Shown: piece by piece, positions 25,296 to 40,434 of the stretch | Position numbering within the stretch: position 1 is the stretch's first letter | How the letters are laid out: each line of letters opens with the position of its first letter | NCBI RefSeq assembly: GCF_006345805.1 | Contig: NW_021833942.1 | Location: 7,120-71,119, forward strand | Source of the DNA: Octopus sinensis | Taxonomy: Eukaryota | DNA length: 64,000 nucleotides | Direction: 5' to 3' | The notes under the pieces: generated by a model | Told to the model about the DNA's origin: nothing | What the model saw: the letters and a program-made list of their open reading frames with translations, nothing else | Database searches by the model: none | Made by a program: the position numbers and the translations under genes

Positions 25296-26409
25296 ACACA
25301 CACACACATACACACAAACACATACATACGTATATATGCCACGCTGTTATCCATAACACCTAACTAAATTGCTAATTTGTTTTCTGAGTGGTTATACGTA
25401 TGAAATTTTTGTAGATGCGTATGTTATACAAAAATGGGACTGTCGTCTATAAATATAATATTTGGAGGTGGGTGGAGAAGGACTAATATTCATTGTTCCG
25501 CATCTACCTAGCTTGTAGTAGTAGTAGTAGTAGTAGTTGTAGTAGTAGTCGTAACAATACCAATTCTTCTTAGTTTTCGAGGAAAAGGTTAAGAGCAGAT
25601 TCATCTCTAAGAGAATACACCGAAGCAGCAGATTTAACTGTAACATCCTGGGAGACAGGGGGAATAGCAGTATGTATCACTTAGCAACTAGATATCACCA
25701 AGACAACTGTTCTAATGGCAACTGTAGCAGCGCTCGCCGTAGCAGCTACACTCGTTCTTTGCTCAACATTACTAGCAGCATCAATAGTAGTTGTAATAGT
25801 AGCAGTAGAAGTAATAGTAGCAAGAGTAGTCATGAAATATTAAATGGGGTAAGAAATTCATTTCGGAAAATATGTAAGATCGACATAGATGTTGGTTTTT
25901 TTTTGTAAACAGGATGGCAGAAGAATTCTAGAAATCTGCGACAATATGCGTGATCGATTTTCAAGTAATAACACCGAAGCTGGAGTGGAATAAATTAATT
26001 AGGATGTGTTATATTCTTTGGTTTTAGGGGGAAAATCGCAGGAAAGTAAAAAAACAAAATGCGAAAAGATGCACACACATACACACACATATACACACAC
26101 ACATACACACACACTCACATACAAAACACACACACACAGAGGCACATGTTATATACGTGTATAGATACGTACACGTAGAGACAGTCACACAAATTCACAG
26201 CACACACATAGACACGTGCACAAACACACGCGTGTATATACACACTGTTACGTTATATGCACACATACCACACATATATATATATGTGAGTCTATATATT
26301 ATATATATAATATATATATAATATATAATATATAGACTCACATATATATATATATATATATAGACTCACACACACATATATATATATATATATATTTGTG
26401 TGCGTAAAT

Positions 26410-26530
26410 GTCTGTGGTTTAGTGGTGAGAGCGTTGGGTTCATGATCACAAGATCGCGAGTTCCATTCCTTGTCTGTTCGGCGCATTGATCCTTGGTCGA
26501 AGCATTCTATTCCCAGTTGCTCCGTTCTGC
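26410..26530 (+). mobile_element. Old tRNA-SINE head
   Basis: tggtttagtgg A box, gttccattcc B-box relic, decayed ccttgg..aagca motif. Confidence 0.5.
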
Positions 26531-26636
26531 TACTCCTCTGATAAAATCACCGATTAAGAGGAAAACAATGATTTCACTTACTAAGGAAATACTCATCATC
26601 ATCGTCATCATTATTTTCATGATATTAATAGTATCA

Positions 26637-26677
26637 CTATTATTATTATTATTATTATTATCATCATCATCATCATC

Positions 26678-26708
<31 letters not shown>

Positions 26709-27046
26709 TTATTATATTATTATTTTATTATATCATCATCATCATCATCATTATTATTATTATTATTATCATCATCATCATCATCATTATTATTATATTA
26801 TTATCATCATCATCATCATCATATTATTATTATTATTCTTATATATTATTATTATTATTATTATTATTCTTATTATTATTCTTATCATCATCATCATCAT
26901 CATTATTATTATATTATTATTATTATTATTATTTTATTATTTATTATTATTATTATTATATCATCATCATCATCATCATCATTATTATTATTATTATTAT
27001 CATCATCATCATCATCATTATTATTATTATATTATTATTATTATTA
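26637..27046. repeat. Compound (TTA)n/(TCA)n microsatellite
   Basis: Seen directly. Confidence 0.97.
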
Positions 27047-27249
27047 ACAATAATAACAAAACAACAATCAAATCACAAAAAATAAGAATAAAATTAAGAT
27101 AGGGAAATTATATGTGGTCATTGGATATGCTAGAAATAGCAGCCAAAGGCGAAGGATTTGAGGTCATCTAGGGCCTTACGTCTCCCCAACACTACAATGG
27201 CAACTAAAGACAGTATACCCCAGACTTTGTAACATGCTATCAGCTCGCT

Positions 27250-28227
27250 TTGCCTGGCACTTTGGGCAAGTGTGTTCTACTATAGATCCGGGGCTCACCA
27301 ATGCCTTATGAGTGTATTTTGTATCCCGTCATATATATATATATATATATATATAATAAGAATGAATGTTTTTATATATACATGAACGTGAAATACAGGA
27401 AGGGACGAACACGGAACACAGACAAATCATTCGAAGCCTTCACTTCTTCAGTCAGACACCGAATCATCATAGCAAATTTCGGCTGTTCAATTCTGATATT
27501 TGCTCCAACTCGGCCAGCCCAAGAAAAAAAACTAAGCTGTAAGCATTAGATTTCTTGGTAGAAGACAGGAATGTGAACGCACAAGACGGATGTGAATACA
27601 AGAGACGAATATATATATATATATACGCACACATATATATATATATAAATCATTGAATGCGGATTCAACTAGTGCAGTGGTACTCATGAAAAAAACTGCT
27701 TAATATATTCTATAAAACATATAGAATGTATAGAATACGATAGAAAAGGAAAACTAAAGGACTGTATAATATTATGAATAACGAGAGAAATATATTTTAA
27801 TAAAATACATTTTACCATTACTTAAATAAGAATATACGATGGTAAAATGAAAATATTCAGTAGTAAAATACATCGTATCATTATATATTTCTCTCCCCTA
27901 TCTCTAAATATAGATAATATATATATATAATTATATATATATATATATATATAGATATATAATTATATATATTATATACTATAATTAGAGACAAAACCAC
28001 TATTTTGCAAAACTATTTTTACTTTTTATTTTTTATTTTTTACTTTTTATTAAAATTTTATGTATTGATTAAGTCTTTCCTTGTTTGTTTTGCAAAATAG
28101 GGGTTTTGTCTCTAATTAATATTATATAATATTTTACTATAAAATTGGATTAATCCTAAATCTGATTTTTTCCCTGTAAATTTGGATTTATTCCCTATAT
28201 ATTATATATTATATATATATATACTAT

Positions 28228-28274
<47 letters not shown>

Positions 28275-28480
28275 GTGTGGTGTGTGTTGTATTTACATAG
28301 ATGTGAATGCCTGTTTGTACTCTCCCCAGTTTGATAACCCCTGTTGATTTGTTTACGTTCCTATAGTTCGACAAAATTGATTGATAAAGTACCCTTTAAA
28401 AAGGAATAAGTACCGTGGTCAATCTCTTCGGCTGAATCACTTCATAGCAGTCTTCCATCTGTGCCACGCCCCAATGAAGG
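27250..28480 (+). mobile_element. Old SINE family D split by three inserts (5' part 27250-27330, 3' part 28300-28480)
   Basis: ttgggcaagtgtgttctactatag..ccaatgccttatgagtg upstream and ttgataacc..gaataagtacc..ggtcaatc downstream match the two halves of family D. Confidence 0.6.
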
Positions 28481-28492
28481 TAACAAAGGATA

Positions 28493-29300
28493 ACGTGCAC
28501 TCTCTGACCTTTTGTCAACCCCAAATAACCTTAAAATATGGGTCAAATAAAAGACCCATCCTGTCCCACACTGCTTGCAGTGTGGAGCAACTTTTTACTC
28601 CCTGAATCATATTCTGACCGGATGCTCTGGGGTATTGGGAAAAAGGTGATGCACGTGGAGGCATGACAAGACTCTTGCCGAAATTTAGAAGTGGACTGAT
28701 CTGCAAAGGGTGAAGAGTAATGAATACCAGCCACCACCACCACCACCACCACCAAAGGGCATCAAATTTGTAAAGATCCAAGACGAAAAACAATAGTAGG
28801 GTACCCGTTTCCTGTCTTGTGCTCTGCTTCAGACAGTGAAATGCAAGTGGACCTGCAGGGTAGACTTGCCTTCCCAAAAGAGACAATGGTAACAACATTC
28901 CGATCCGACATGGTATACAAAGACCAGGTATGCAAAAGCAACCATCATGGTTGAACTCCCAATGCCATGGCAGGGCAGACTCGAGGTTTCGCACGAGATA
29001 AAGTAAACGAAATATCAAGACTTAGTCGACAAGGCCCTTGTCAAGGGATGGCATGTGGCTTCATTACCCCTTGTAGTCGACTGCTACGGCTTTCCAGCTG
29101 TATCATGCAGAAGATAGAATGGAGTCCAAATAAATGGAGAAAGTCATGAAGGAGGGCACGACAGCCGAAACTAGCTGTGACTATAGTCGATAGAAGACCG
29201 CAAGGGAACCCCTTCCGTAGCTGAAGACTAGTTCTTTCCTCGAGACCCACACAAGCGAAGCGTATAGGTTAAGGGTTAAAATGCTTGTGAGCCTGAGATA
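28493..29300 (+). mobile_element. Hero-like RLE non-LTR retrotransposon relic (zinc knuckle and endonuclease)
   Basis: Broken translation RALSDLLSTPNNLKIW..C..C...SLNHILTGC...TWRHDKTL...QVDLQGRLAFP...TTFRSDMV...MVELPMPW...SHEIK*TKYQDL...GW...LVVDCYGFPA; stops and frameshifts. Confidence 0.8.
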
Positions 29301-30043
29301 TCTGCCGACAACAGGGAAGGAGAAGTATTTCCATCATTACAATGAATTTAAAAGAACTTTAAAATCCTCTGAGTAGGTCAAGCACTTTCCACACGGGGTT
29401 AAGCATCTCTATTGTTTATTTCACTTGTAATGTGTGTTTGTGTGTGTGTGTGTATGTATGTGTGTGTGTGTGTGCGTGCGTGCGTGTGTGTGCGTGTGTT
29501 TGTGTGTGACAAGTGGAAAATCTCCGAAGTCTGAGCTTGCGATAGAATTCCGATTGCTTCTATGCCGTATATCCCCCCACCAACCGCCATCTACTACACG
29601 AAATACACGCCGTATCAGACTCCTATCTTACAATTTCAGATTCAAATAATTCCGTGATTGTTTTGATCCTAATCCCTTCTCTCTTTATAAAATAAATACT
29701 AACCTTACGCTGTATAATCCTCTTCAGGTTTAGCTGGCGATAAATTAGCTTCGAGATTTCTACATGCACACAAATACACACTGTCATCTTGTAAGTGTGG
29801 AGACTCTTTTAGAGTTCTCTCCCCCTTTCTCTCTTACTTATGCGTGTGTGTCAGTGTGTTCACATGCGTGCATACGGACGTGTGTAAGTGCGTGTGAGCG
29901 TGTGTATGCGTGTGTGCGCGCGTGTGTAAGAGGATGGGTGTGTATGTCTGTCATAGGACCTCTTCCAGTTTACATTATAATTCAGTCATGGTCACCAGTT
30001 ACAGTTATTTTGTTTTATTGTGCTTGGGAAAGGCATGACCATT

Positions 30044-30434
30044 GTAGCTTGCTAACCAACCACATGGTTCTGGGTTCAGTTCCACTGCGTGGCATCTTGG
30101 GCAAGTGTCTTCTGCTATAGCCCCGGGCCGACCAATGCCTTGTGAGTGGATTTGGTAGACGGAAACTGAAAAAAGCCCGTCGTATATATATGTATAAATA
30201 TATATATATATGTATGTGTGTGTGTTTGTCCCCCTAGCATTGCTTGACAACTGATACTGGTGTGTTTATGTCCCCGTTACTTAGCGGTTCGGCAAAAGAG
30301 ACCGATAGAATAAGTACTGGGCTTACAAAGAATAAGTTCCGGGGTCGATTTGCTCGACTAAAGGCGGTGCTCTAGCATGGCCGCAGTCAAATGACTGAAA
30401 CAAATAAAAGAGTAAAAGAGTAACGAGTAAAGAG
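30044..30434 (+). mobile_element. SINE family D, missing ~25 nt of head
   Basis: Matches the 54789 copy; internal (TA)/(TG) tract; gtaaaaga-repeat tail. Confidence 0.92.
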
Positions 30435-30902
30435 TATATGATTGGTGCACCTGGTAAAATGAATTATATGAAGAGTGCACGATAAATTATATAAACGTTT
30501 ATATTAAATAGGAATGGTAAGAGGTGCAAAGGTAAGGAGTATTTTTGACAGGACGAGGTTTGGCCCTTTTTCAGGAAGCGTCTTCCCTATAGACCAACAA
30601 TACAAAAATGCATAGACGGTGTGAGAGAACAACAAACAGGGTATTGATTGGTAGCTCGTTGTCTTTACAACACAAGCGCGCGCACACACACGCGCACGCA
30701 CACGTACCCTACACTTCAGCTGCACCTCTCCTACCCATGGATTACACTGGACTCTTCCATTGATGAGAAATCGCTTTTGAACCTTTTGAATTTTTCTCAA
30801 CTTTTTTGTACTTTCTAAACTATTCTGTTCTTTCTGCTTTTTCCTATTGTCGTTTCTTCCTCCTCTGGTTGTTCTACACCTCTGTCCAGCATTCGCCATG
30901 AT

Positions 30903-31082
30903 AGATCGCTAGCCACTACACATTCTTTATTTTCTCTCCCTGTTTCATTCTGTGTTCCTCTCTGTGGAAGAGCGTAGGCTCGAAACGTTAAAGACTTTCA
31001 CTTCCCAAGCGTTAAACTAATACATCCGTTTGTTGTCTACACCAATTTTCTTCGTCTTTTGTTCTTTTGTGAATTCTCCCCC
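30903..31082 (+). mobile_element. PLE-like remnant family P1 (may extend upstream to ~30720)
   Basis: gatcgctagccactacac...taatacatccgtttgttgt..cttcgtctt shared with the 9947 and 38034 copies. Confidence 0.75.
30958..30993 (+). ncRNA. Minimal type-I hammerhead motif, A6U variant
   Basis: ctct-CTGTGGA-A-GAGC gtag GCTC-GAAACGTT-aaag; palindromic ACGT stem III. Confidence 0.6.
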
Positions 31083-31145
31083 TCTCTCTCTCCACACACA
31101 CACACATATATATACATACATACATACATACATACATACACACAC

Positions 31146-31178
<33 letters not shown>

Positions 31179-32165
31179 CAGAGAAGCCTCGAAATGAGTC
31201 TATACGCCTACATATGGCCTTTAGCTTTTATCCCTCTGTATCTACCTGTTTCTCTCTCTCTCTCTGTCTCCCTCTCTCTCCATACGCTTAATATGATATA
31301 GCATGTGTATGTGAGTCGGAGATTGTCACAAAAATCAGTCGCGTCACAATAAAAGAAACGAATCGAATTAGTTTCAGGTCTTGTGAGGATTTGAGATGAG
31401 AGCGAAGCAGGAAGATCGTTCTGATTGAAACCTATTAAAGTCTACAGTTTGATATTTTCTTTCATTGATGCTGTATACGAGAAAAGTTCATTTCGACTGC
31501 GGAGAAATTCGATTTAAAGTTACAACAAAATCGAAATCAACTTTTTAAAAAATAATGGCCCTTTGTTCTTGGCAGAAACCTGTTTTATTAAAACGGTGAT
31601 TGAGCTCTGAAGATAGAGAGCGTTCACGTAATTCTGTATATATGAAAGCACCTGCAAGATTTTTAGAGGATCTTGTTTATTTAACAATAACCCACAACAT
31701 TTCTTGAGATAATTTGGATGTTATAATTCTCTTTCTCATTCTTCATAGATTGCTGACAATATCTCCTCATTTTCCGCCTTCTGGCACAATTATATATATT
31801 TTTTCTTGTATTTCTTTCTTTGACAATTCTTATTTATTTTTCTTTATTTAAATAATTATTATTTCAAACCGAAAGTACAGCATATTATTTTGGAAAGCTG
31901 TCCCTCATTATGAAAATAGCGGTCTTTGTATTGAGCCAATTAATAGGCCGCCTGCATTCATCTAATGGCTTCCTCAACCGTCTTAGCCCCAAGTTCAGGA
32001 TTTAAGTTGAAAGTTGAGATTCCATTAATTGAGAATTCACTTTATATGTGTGTGTGTGTGTGGGTGTGTGTATGTATACAGTATGCATGAATTCATGTGA
32101 GTGTTTGTATATGTATGATGTGCATATACAAATATACATCAGTATATATACGTATGTATATGTAA

Positions 32166-32204
<39 letters not shown>

Positions 32205-32278
32205 ATATATATAATATATGTGTGCATATTGAAACATATGTATATATATAGCTATATATAATATATATATCTCAGTAT

Positions 32279-32310
<32 letters not shown>

Positions 32311-32313
32311 AAT

Positions 32314-32346
<33 letters not shown>

Positions 32347-32348
32347 CA

Positions 32349-32400
<52 letters not shown>

Positions 32401-33411
32401 CAAATTAGTAAATAAATAGCACAACTAATACCGATATTTACTGGAAATAGCGAACGTAAAAATACGACGCTAATGTGTAGCTCACACGCGTATGTATTAG
32501 CAAAAATGCGTGTGTGCAACAAAATAAAGATAAAAAACCGTCTTACCTCCAGGGAGAACATCTGAAAGATGAAACACCCGGAATATATATATATATATAT
32601 ATATATATAGGTAGATACATACGCATATATATATATATATATATATACCTGCATGTGTGCATACGCACATATAAATGTACATGCGCTCACACACGCACAT
32701 ACACACACGCACGCATGCACATACGTATTCATAGTTTGGGGTACAAACGTACTCACGACGGGTAGTAGAGTACATTTATTTGTTTATTCGTTATTAATAT
32801 TTTGGGTATAATTCTCTGTGGATGTCGATATTACTATTCTGGCGAGTCGCAATGAGATTTCATGTCACGAGGTTCCCTCCTTAAATCACCCTACTTCATA
32901 AACTCCTCATCGACGTGTTTTCCAGGTGAAATTAAACAGCCAAATGTGAACCGTTTATTGTCGTACAACACGACGGGGAAAGTCTCTGATGGTGAGTCAG
33001 TGGTTAATGAAAGGGTATGAAGCACTATCTAGAAAATTCCAGTTTGTCGTATATTTTATTAATACGTTCCAGCAAGTATTTATACAAAGGAAGTATTGGT
33101 CGAATATCCATTTATCATAGTTTCTCTTGCTACGTGTTAAATGGAATCAATGAATAGTTTCAATACGCTGTAGAGGGCATAAAATCCAGCAACCGGATAT
33201 TAACTCCACTCCCAGCAACCGAGATACCCTCCAAAATTTTCAATCAAATATAAACATATACATACATACATACACACACATATACATACTTACACGCACA
33301 CACATATATATATATACACACATAGATACATATATATATATCTATATATATAATATATATAATATATACAACATATTTATATGTATACATATATATATAT
33401 ATATATGTATC

Positions 33412-33449
<38 letters not shown>

Positions 33450-33759
33450 GATAAATATATATACATATATATATACATTATATATATATATATCTATAAT
33501 ATATATTATATATATATATATATATATCGGACGAACAGTCAATCATATTTCAACATAAAACGCAACAAGAATATCGATTTGTTATAGTCAAACAGTCCTG
33601 TATTTTTTCTACTTTCCTTTAAGAGCTGCCATCTATTTCGACGTGCCAAACGGGATAATGTCGGAAATGCTAATAATAATACAAAGGGCGAATTAACGTT
33701 CGGATATTCATCTGAAGACGAAAGCAATGGGCTGAGGGAATCGTTTAGGAGTCGATATT

Positions 33760-33870
33760 TGTTCCAGCTCCAAGTTCTGAGTTCAAATCCCTCCGATGTC
33801 ACCTCTTCCCCTCATCCTTTCAGGATCGATAAAATAAAGCGCCAATCAATCACTGGGGTCAATTAATTTC
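33760..33870 (+). mobile_element. Old SINE family E fragment
   Basis: gttctgagttcaaatcc...catcctttcaggatcgataaaataag..cactggggtc. Confidence 0.65.
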
Positions 33871-33971
33871 AAGCCTTCTGCCTCGGGTACGAACTATTTT
33901 TAGAACGAATTTCTATGTTTATCGCAGACATGCTTCTCCTTTCCTCCTATTACTCACCTATATAACACTGT

Positions 33972-34276
33972 GTGTGCAGGCACATGGCCTAGTGGTTAGA
34001 GCAGCTGATTCGCGGTCGAGGGATTGCAGGTTCGAATCTCAGACCGGGCGATATGTGTGTTTATGAGCGAAAGACCTAAGCTCCACGCGACTCCGGCAGA
34101 AGTTAATGGCGAACTTCTGCGAACTCCTTCGCCACAACTTCCTCTCACTCTTTCCTCCTGCATCTTGCAGCTCACCTGCGACGGACCGGCGTCCCGTCCA
34201 GGTGGGGAACCTTATACGCCAAGGAAACCGGGAAACCGGCCCCTATGAGCCAGGCGTGGCTCGAGAAGGAACGAAC
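33972..34276 (+). mobile_element. tRNA-derived SINE family B (A-like head, different 3' half)
   Basis: TSD atataacactgt at 33960-33971 and 34277-34288; homologue at 49284. Confidence 0.92.
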
Positions 34277-34380
34277 ATATAACACTGTTGTTTCTACAGT
34301 TTCTACAGTTTCCTGAAACTGTTTTATAATAAATATATATTCTTTATCTGTAGAACTATTAACTTAACACAACAGGTGTT

Positions 34381-34650
34381 CTACCAGGTATTATGCCTTT
34401 TCTTATTCATACACCTTCCTTTACTTTCTGAAATGAAGTGTAATCCGGCGTTGATTTGGCTTGTTTCATCCATCTGCTGCTGATGAAATAATTTGATGAC
34501 TTTGACATTTGAATATGTCCATTTATAAATGCTTCCATCTATGTGCCTGATTCCATCTATGGTCTCCAATAAATTTATCGATGGTGATTCCACCCAAATG
34601 TAAACACATTCCTTGAAATATAATCGAAGTAATAACAAATTGAATGACAA
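34381..34650 (-). mobile_element. Possible PLE GIY-YIG C-terminal remnant
   Basis: RLYFKECVYIWVESPSIN resembles the terminal xKExxxI....PxLN motif of PLE endonucleases. Weak. Confidence 0.3.
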
Positions 34651-35611
34651 ATGCAGAATTATACGAAGGTTCTCATGTTACTAGATGACTGATGTGGCGT
34701 CAGAAATGATCAGTCTCAATCACAAAACTCGACGATTCATTTCCTTTTCCTATCAAATGATATGATGTTCTTGTTTCTTCTCTATCACTCCTTCTTCAGT
34801 ATTACTCTCTAACGGAATTGTTTCACTTCAGGTTATCTCCTTCAAGTTATTTTTGCATTAAAATTGCAAATGGAGTGTTTTTTAAAAAAAATTTTTGTTT
34901 TTTAACTCCCAACGTTAGACATCTCAGACGAATTATTTTTTGCTCATACATCTTTCTTGGAATGATTAATGCCGTTTCATCTTTATTTAAAAGCTACTTC
35001 TTACTACTCGCTTTCACCGGAAAGACTCAAAGCATATAATGAAGACATCATTAGATAAAAGAAATTAATCATCCGGCTTAGATTTGCTGAAAAATCTCAA
35101 ATCTCTCTTCAGCCAAAATTAACAAAATATTAATTAAAATGTTAATTATCATCAATAAATATAATAGAACTTCCAGAAAAAAACCATGACGTGCTCAGTG
35201 GAGCAAATAGCAAAGAACCGTGATTCAACTGCCATTCTTATCGAGTATTTTCATATATTTTCCACTATTTAATCTCTCCGAACATCCAAAATTCTTCCTT
35301 ACTTCTTCTCATTTTCTGACAGCGCCTTTCATCATGATGATTATAACTCTTCATAAATCACTACTTCTTTCCTTGTCTCTTTCCTTTTTATTTATTACCT
35401 CCGCCTTAGCGAAGGCAGAGGTATTGTTTTCATTCATGTTTTTGCTTTTTATATTTTCCCGCTTAATTCGTTTCTGATAATTTTTCTTTACCTTACTCTA
35501 TTATATTTTCTTTTTCTTTCACTTCTCGTTTTTCGTTCTTCCCTCTACCACCTTTTCCATATATCATTTTCACCACAAACTTTCCAAAAATCATTAACAC
35601 ATTTTTTAAGC

Positions 35612-36215
<604 letters not shown>

Positions 36216-36852
36216 GTTATTTGTGACTTTGTATTTTAGGTTTGAAAATTTGCTTCCAGCATGTTTACAATTTTCGTTTCATGTTATTTATCTTTCACCA
36301 TATTAGTCAATCGTCTGCTCATTCATTTTGTCACCTAGTTTCACCCCAACCTTCTTCACTCACTCGTCTAAATTTACCTTCTCTCTATTCGCCTTCCTTT
36401 CTTTATCTCGCTATCTCTGTGTATTCTTTTTCCTGAAGTCTGTAACCAGGCTGCTCATAAGCATTATCATTCAAGTTTTCACAATATTTATCTTCCCATC
36501 TTCAATTTTATCTCTCAAAATTTGCCATTATTTTGTTTCACCTCCGGCAATATATGTCTCTATAGCAATCTATTTGTCGCTCTGTTTGTCAAAATATTCA
36601 TCAAACCATTTGTTTTTTCGTCTGCCTGGTTGTCCGCTTTCAGGATCTCGTCACAGATAACGTTATTACATGCCATTTTTAGATTTTAAACACGCCTAAA
36701 GGGAGTTGTCAAAAACTAATTACAAGGATAGTTAAGTTGGTCAAGGTTTTCAAAGTGACTCCATTATACATGTGAGACCTGAAAAGAATTAATTTTTCAT
36801 TTATTAAATAACATTGCTCAAACTAACATCTTGTTGGTTTCATAACTTTCTA

Positions 36853-36939
<87 letters not shown>

Positions 36940-37099
36940 CACATATGTATGTTCGCAGATATATACACGTATATATATATATATATATACACATAAACAT
37001 ACATATCTATCTATCTGTCTATCTATTTATCTATCATTCTACTTATCTATGTCTATTCACACACACATACATACACCACACACATAAATATAGATATAG

Positions 37100-37158
37100 G
37101 ACCCTGTCGGTTACGAATGACCATAGATTGTATCTAGGAAGTTCCTCTCGGAGGCATG

Positions 37159-37160
<2 letters not shown>
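37100..37160 (-). mobile_element. Short 3' tail fragment related to SINE family C
   Basis: Reverse complement tgcctccgagaggaacttcctagatacaatctatggtcattcgtaaccgacagggt resembles 11624-11685. Confidence 0.55.
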
Positions 37161-37220
<60 letters not shown>

Positions 37221-37225
37221 TTTAT

Positions 37226-37257
<32 letters not shown>

Positions 37258-37633
37258 GTAAATATAATATCTAGTTATACATTATATGTATAAATAATAT
37301 ATATATATACATATTTATACATACATACCATTATGTATATATATATATATATATTATATATATATATATATACATACACAGATACATACACCACACACGT
37401 ATATATGCGACAATTAATTTGGCTTTTCTAATCGAACAAATAAGAACTAATACCTTACGCAGACTAACGTATGAATACTAACCCCATTGCCACCACCACC
37501 ACCACCACCACCACCACCACCACTACCGCCACCGCCGCCGTCATCGCCAACTCCCACCACCATCAGCAGAATTTTTTGTATTGAAATGATAATGAGAAGA
37601 AAATTCATTAGGGGTAGAGAACCCCTATTAATA

Positions 37634-37700
<67 letters not shown>

Positions 37701-37785
37701 GGGGTAGAGAAACCAAATTGGTACAATTCGAATGAAAGCATGCTGTGGGAAGCGATTCCAATCATTGTTCAGTATCATGAAGACA

Positions 37786-37823
37786 GTCGATACGTTTCGT
37801 TTGCATTAGACCTCTTCAGCGAT
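37786..37823 (-). ncRNA. Degenerate minimal hammerhead motif, canonical core
   Basis: CTGAAGA-G-GTctaatgcaaAC-GAAACGTA; stems I and II imperfect. Confidence 0.4.
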
Positions 37824-38033
37824 GAATTGTCTTACTAAAACTCATCCTGGTAAAATATGGCAATATAAACACTTTCAAAATATAGTTTTTGAGTGATGCT
37901 TTCTGCAACATTAACCTGAGCTCCGAGAGATTTAAATCCCATACGTAATGAACAGAACATGATAATTCTTATCAACAGAGCTAGTGTCTGTTGATAATTC
38001 CAAAATACGTGTTTAAATATGTGTGTCTGTGAT

Positions 38034-38218
38034 TGATCGCTAGCCACTAACCATTTTATTTTATTTTCTCTATCTGCTTATTACTGTGTTCCTTTCTGTC
38101 GAAGAGCGTAGGCTCGAAACATAAAAGACTTTCTCACTTCCCGAGCGTTAAACTAATACATCTGTTTGTTGTTTACACACCTGTCTTCGTCTTCTGTTTT
38201 CTTTTGTAAATTCCAACT
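38034..38218 (+). mobile_element. PLE-like remnant family P1
   Basis: Homologous to the 30903 copy; followed by (TA)n. Confidence 0.75.
38092..38127 (+). ncRNA. Minimal type-I hammerhead motif, A6U variant
   Basis: cttt-CTGTCGA-A-GAGC gtag GCTC-GAAACATA-aaag. Confidence 0.6.
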
Positions 38219-38254
38219 ATATATATATATATATTTATAATATCTTTGTGTGTT

Positions 38255-38286
<32 letters not shown>

Positions 38287-38328
38287 TGTATGTATGTATG
38301 TATGTATGTATGTATGTATGTATGTATG

Positions 38329-38366
<38 letters not shown>

Positions 38367-38684
38367 CCTACCTATCTATCTATCACTCTATCTATCAATC
38401 TATATGTCTGACATATATTAATATATATTATATATATATATAGATATATATATAGTTACATACTCATAAAACAAAAATTTATTTATTATCTATGTTTATC
38501 CTTACACGCATACACTTATATTATGTACATATATACATTACATTCATAAATAATGGGTATATATATATATATATATATGTAGTATGCATGTTATGTATGT
38601 ATATGTATATGGGTAGAAATCTTTATTCTACATATATGTATGATATGCATATATGTACATGCATATAGTATGTATATATATAAT

Positions 38685-38727
<43 letters not shown>

Positions 38728-39006
38728 TACATATATATGTATGTGTATACATGCATACATATCCGCGATCTAGGTTCCAACAAACCCTAGATTTATAAGT
38801 AATTAACTTTTCTGAGGAAATATGTATTTGATTCTGAATTTAGGTGTATTTTTCCGAAGTGAAATCAGAGGTTGCTCTTTATTATGGCTTCTTATAATAC
38901 TTCAATCTAAATCCTAACATCAGTACAATATACTAGCGCATTCACGCAAATACATAAATAGATAGTTGCATACATACTGTTGTTGTTATTATTATTATCA
39001 TTATTA

Positions 39007-39064
<58 letters not shown>

Positions 39065-39069
39065 CATCA

Positions 39070-39435
39070 TTATTTTTCTTCTTCTTTCAAATTTGCTTCC
39101 ATTTCTTGCCGAGTGTCTTCCCGACTCCTAGGGCAAAGAAACTCATAGTATACATTGGTAGCCCATTAAACTAAACTCAATAGTTCGTTCAGTTTTTTTT
39201 TTGTTTTAAGTTAAATTAAAATACATGGGTAGTAATAGTTCTCACATCGACAATGCTCTTCTCAATACGTGTGATGTACCAGTTAGACAATATTTTGCAC
39301 TTCTGCAGGATGGTAAGCCAGGGATCATTCTCATATAATTTCGGTTCCCTTCTTGATCATTCCTATTGTTCCTACGATCACTGGTATTGTAACCGCCTTG
39401 AGATGCCACATTTTCTCAATTTCAATGAGCAGGTC

Positions 39436-39437
<2 letters not shown>
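39070..39437 (-). mobile_element. R4/Dong-like 3' end, second family (R2x), in (AAT)n
   Basis: DLLIEIEKMWHLKAVTIPVIVGTIGMIKKGTE...TSHVLRRALSM* with a UTR distinct from R1; (AAT)n on both sides. Confidence 0.8.
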
Positions 39438-39506
<69 letters not shown>

Positions 39507-39975
39507 TACTTACTTTTAATCTGCATGTTTGTTACAATCACTTGCCAAGACACACCCAGCATCCTGGGGTGAGTGAAGGATAAGAGATGTTACAGTATGA
39601 CTGAAAGATGAAGCACCGCCTTTAGTCGAACATATCGCCCCCAGGACTTATTCTTTGGAAGCCTAGTACTTATTCTATCGGTCCCTTTTGCCGAATGTTT
39701 TCTTCCCTCTTTTCATATTAAGTACTGAGCGTTGAGTAATCCCAAATTCCATACCGATGTCCCTACCAAACATCTGGACTGTTTTGGTTAAGGAATCTAT
39801 CTGTTTATTTCAGATATCCCACCATGCTGTAAACCTTACTGTAATCACTGAAAACTTCTTTCATTCATTCGCATCATGGATTACATTCGCAGCTTGGCGT
39901 AGAGGAACCTTAAAACAAACCACTAACCTCAATGAGCGGGATAAATCAAAACTACTATATATATATATATATATA

Positions 39976-40393
39976 TATTTCTTTACTACCCACAAGGGGC
40001 TAAACACAGAGGGGACAAACAAGGACAGATAAAACGGATTGAGTCGATTACATCGACCCCAGTGCGTAACTGGCACTTAATTTATCGACCCCCGAAAGGA
40101 TGAAGGGCAAAGTCGACCTCGGCGGAATTTGAACGCAGAACGTAACGGCAGACGAAATACCTATTTCTTTATTACCCACAAGGGGCTAAACACAGAGGGG
40201 ACAAACAAGGACAGACATAGGTATTAAGCCGATTACATCGACCCCAGTGCGCAACTGGTACTTAATTTATCGACCCCGAAAGGATGAAAGGCAAAGTCGA
40301 CCTCGGCGGAATTTGAACTCACAACGTAACGCAGATGAAATACCGCTAAGCATTTCGCCCGGCGTGCTAACGTTTCTGCCAGCTCGCCGCCTT
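39976..40393 (-). mobile_element. SINE family E with tandemly duplicated head-less body
   Basis: Head plus body 40393-40161, then the body repeats 40160-39976 starting at gtatttcgtctg. Confidence 0.92.
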
Positions 40394-40401
40394 TATATTT
40401 A

Positions 40402-40433
<32 letters not shown>

Positions 40434-40434
40434 A

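Noticed and set aside
25570-25647. Minus-strand acceptor-like ccccctgtctcccAG with a short frame
   Set aside because: No donor, homology or other support
27425-27455. Minus-strand CTGAAGAAG...TTCGAATG hammerhead-like string
   Set aside because: GAAA box is broken and no consistent stems found
33708-33729. cat-CTGAAGA-C-GAAAGCA-atg hammerhead-like string
   Set aside because: No stem II and no UH triplet; likely chance
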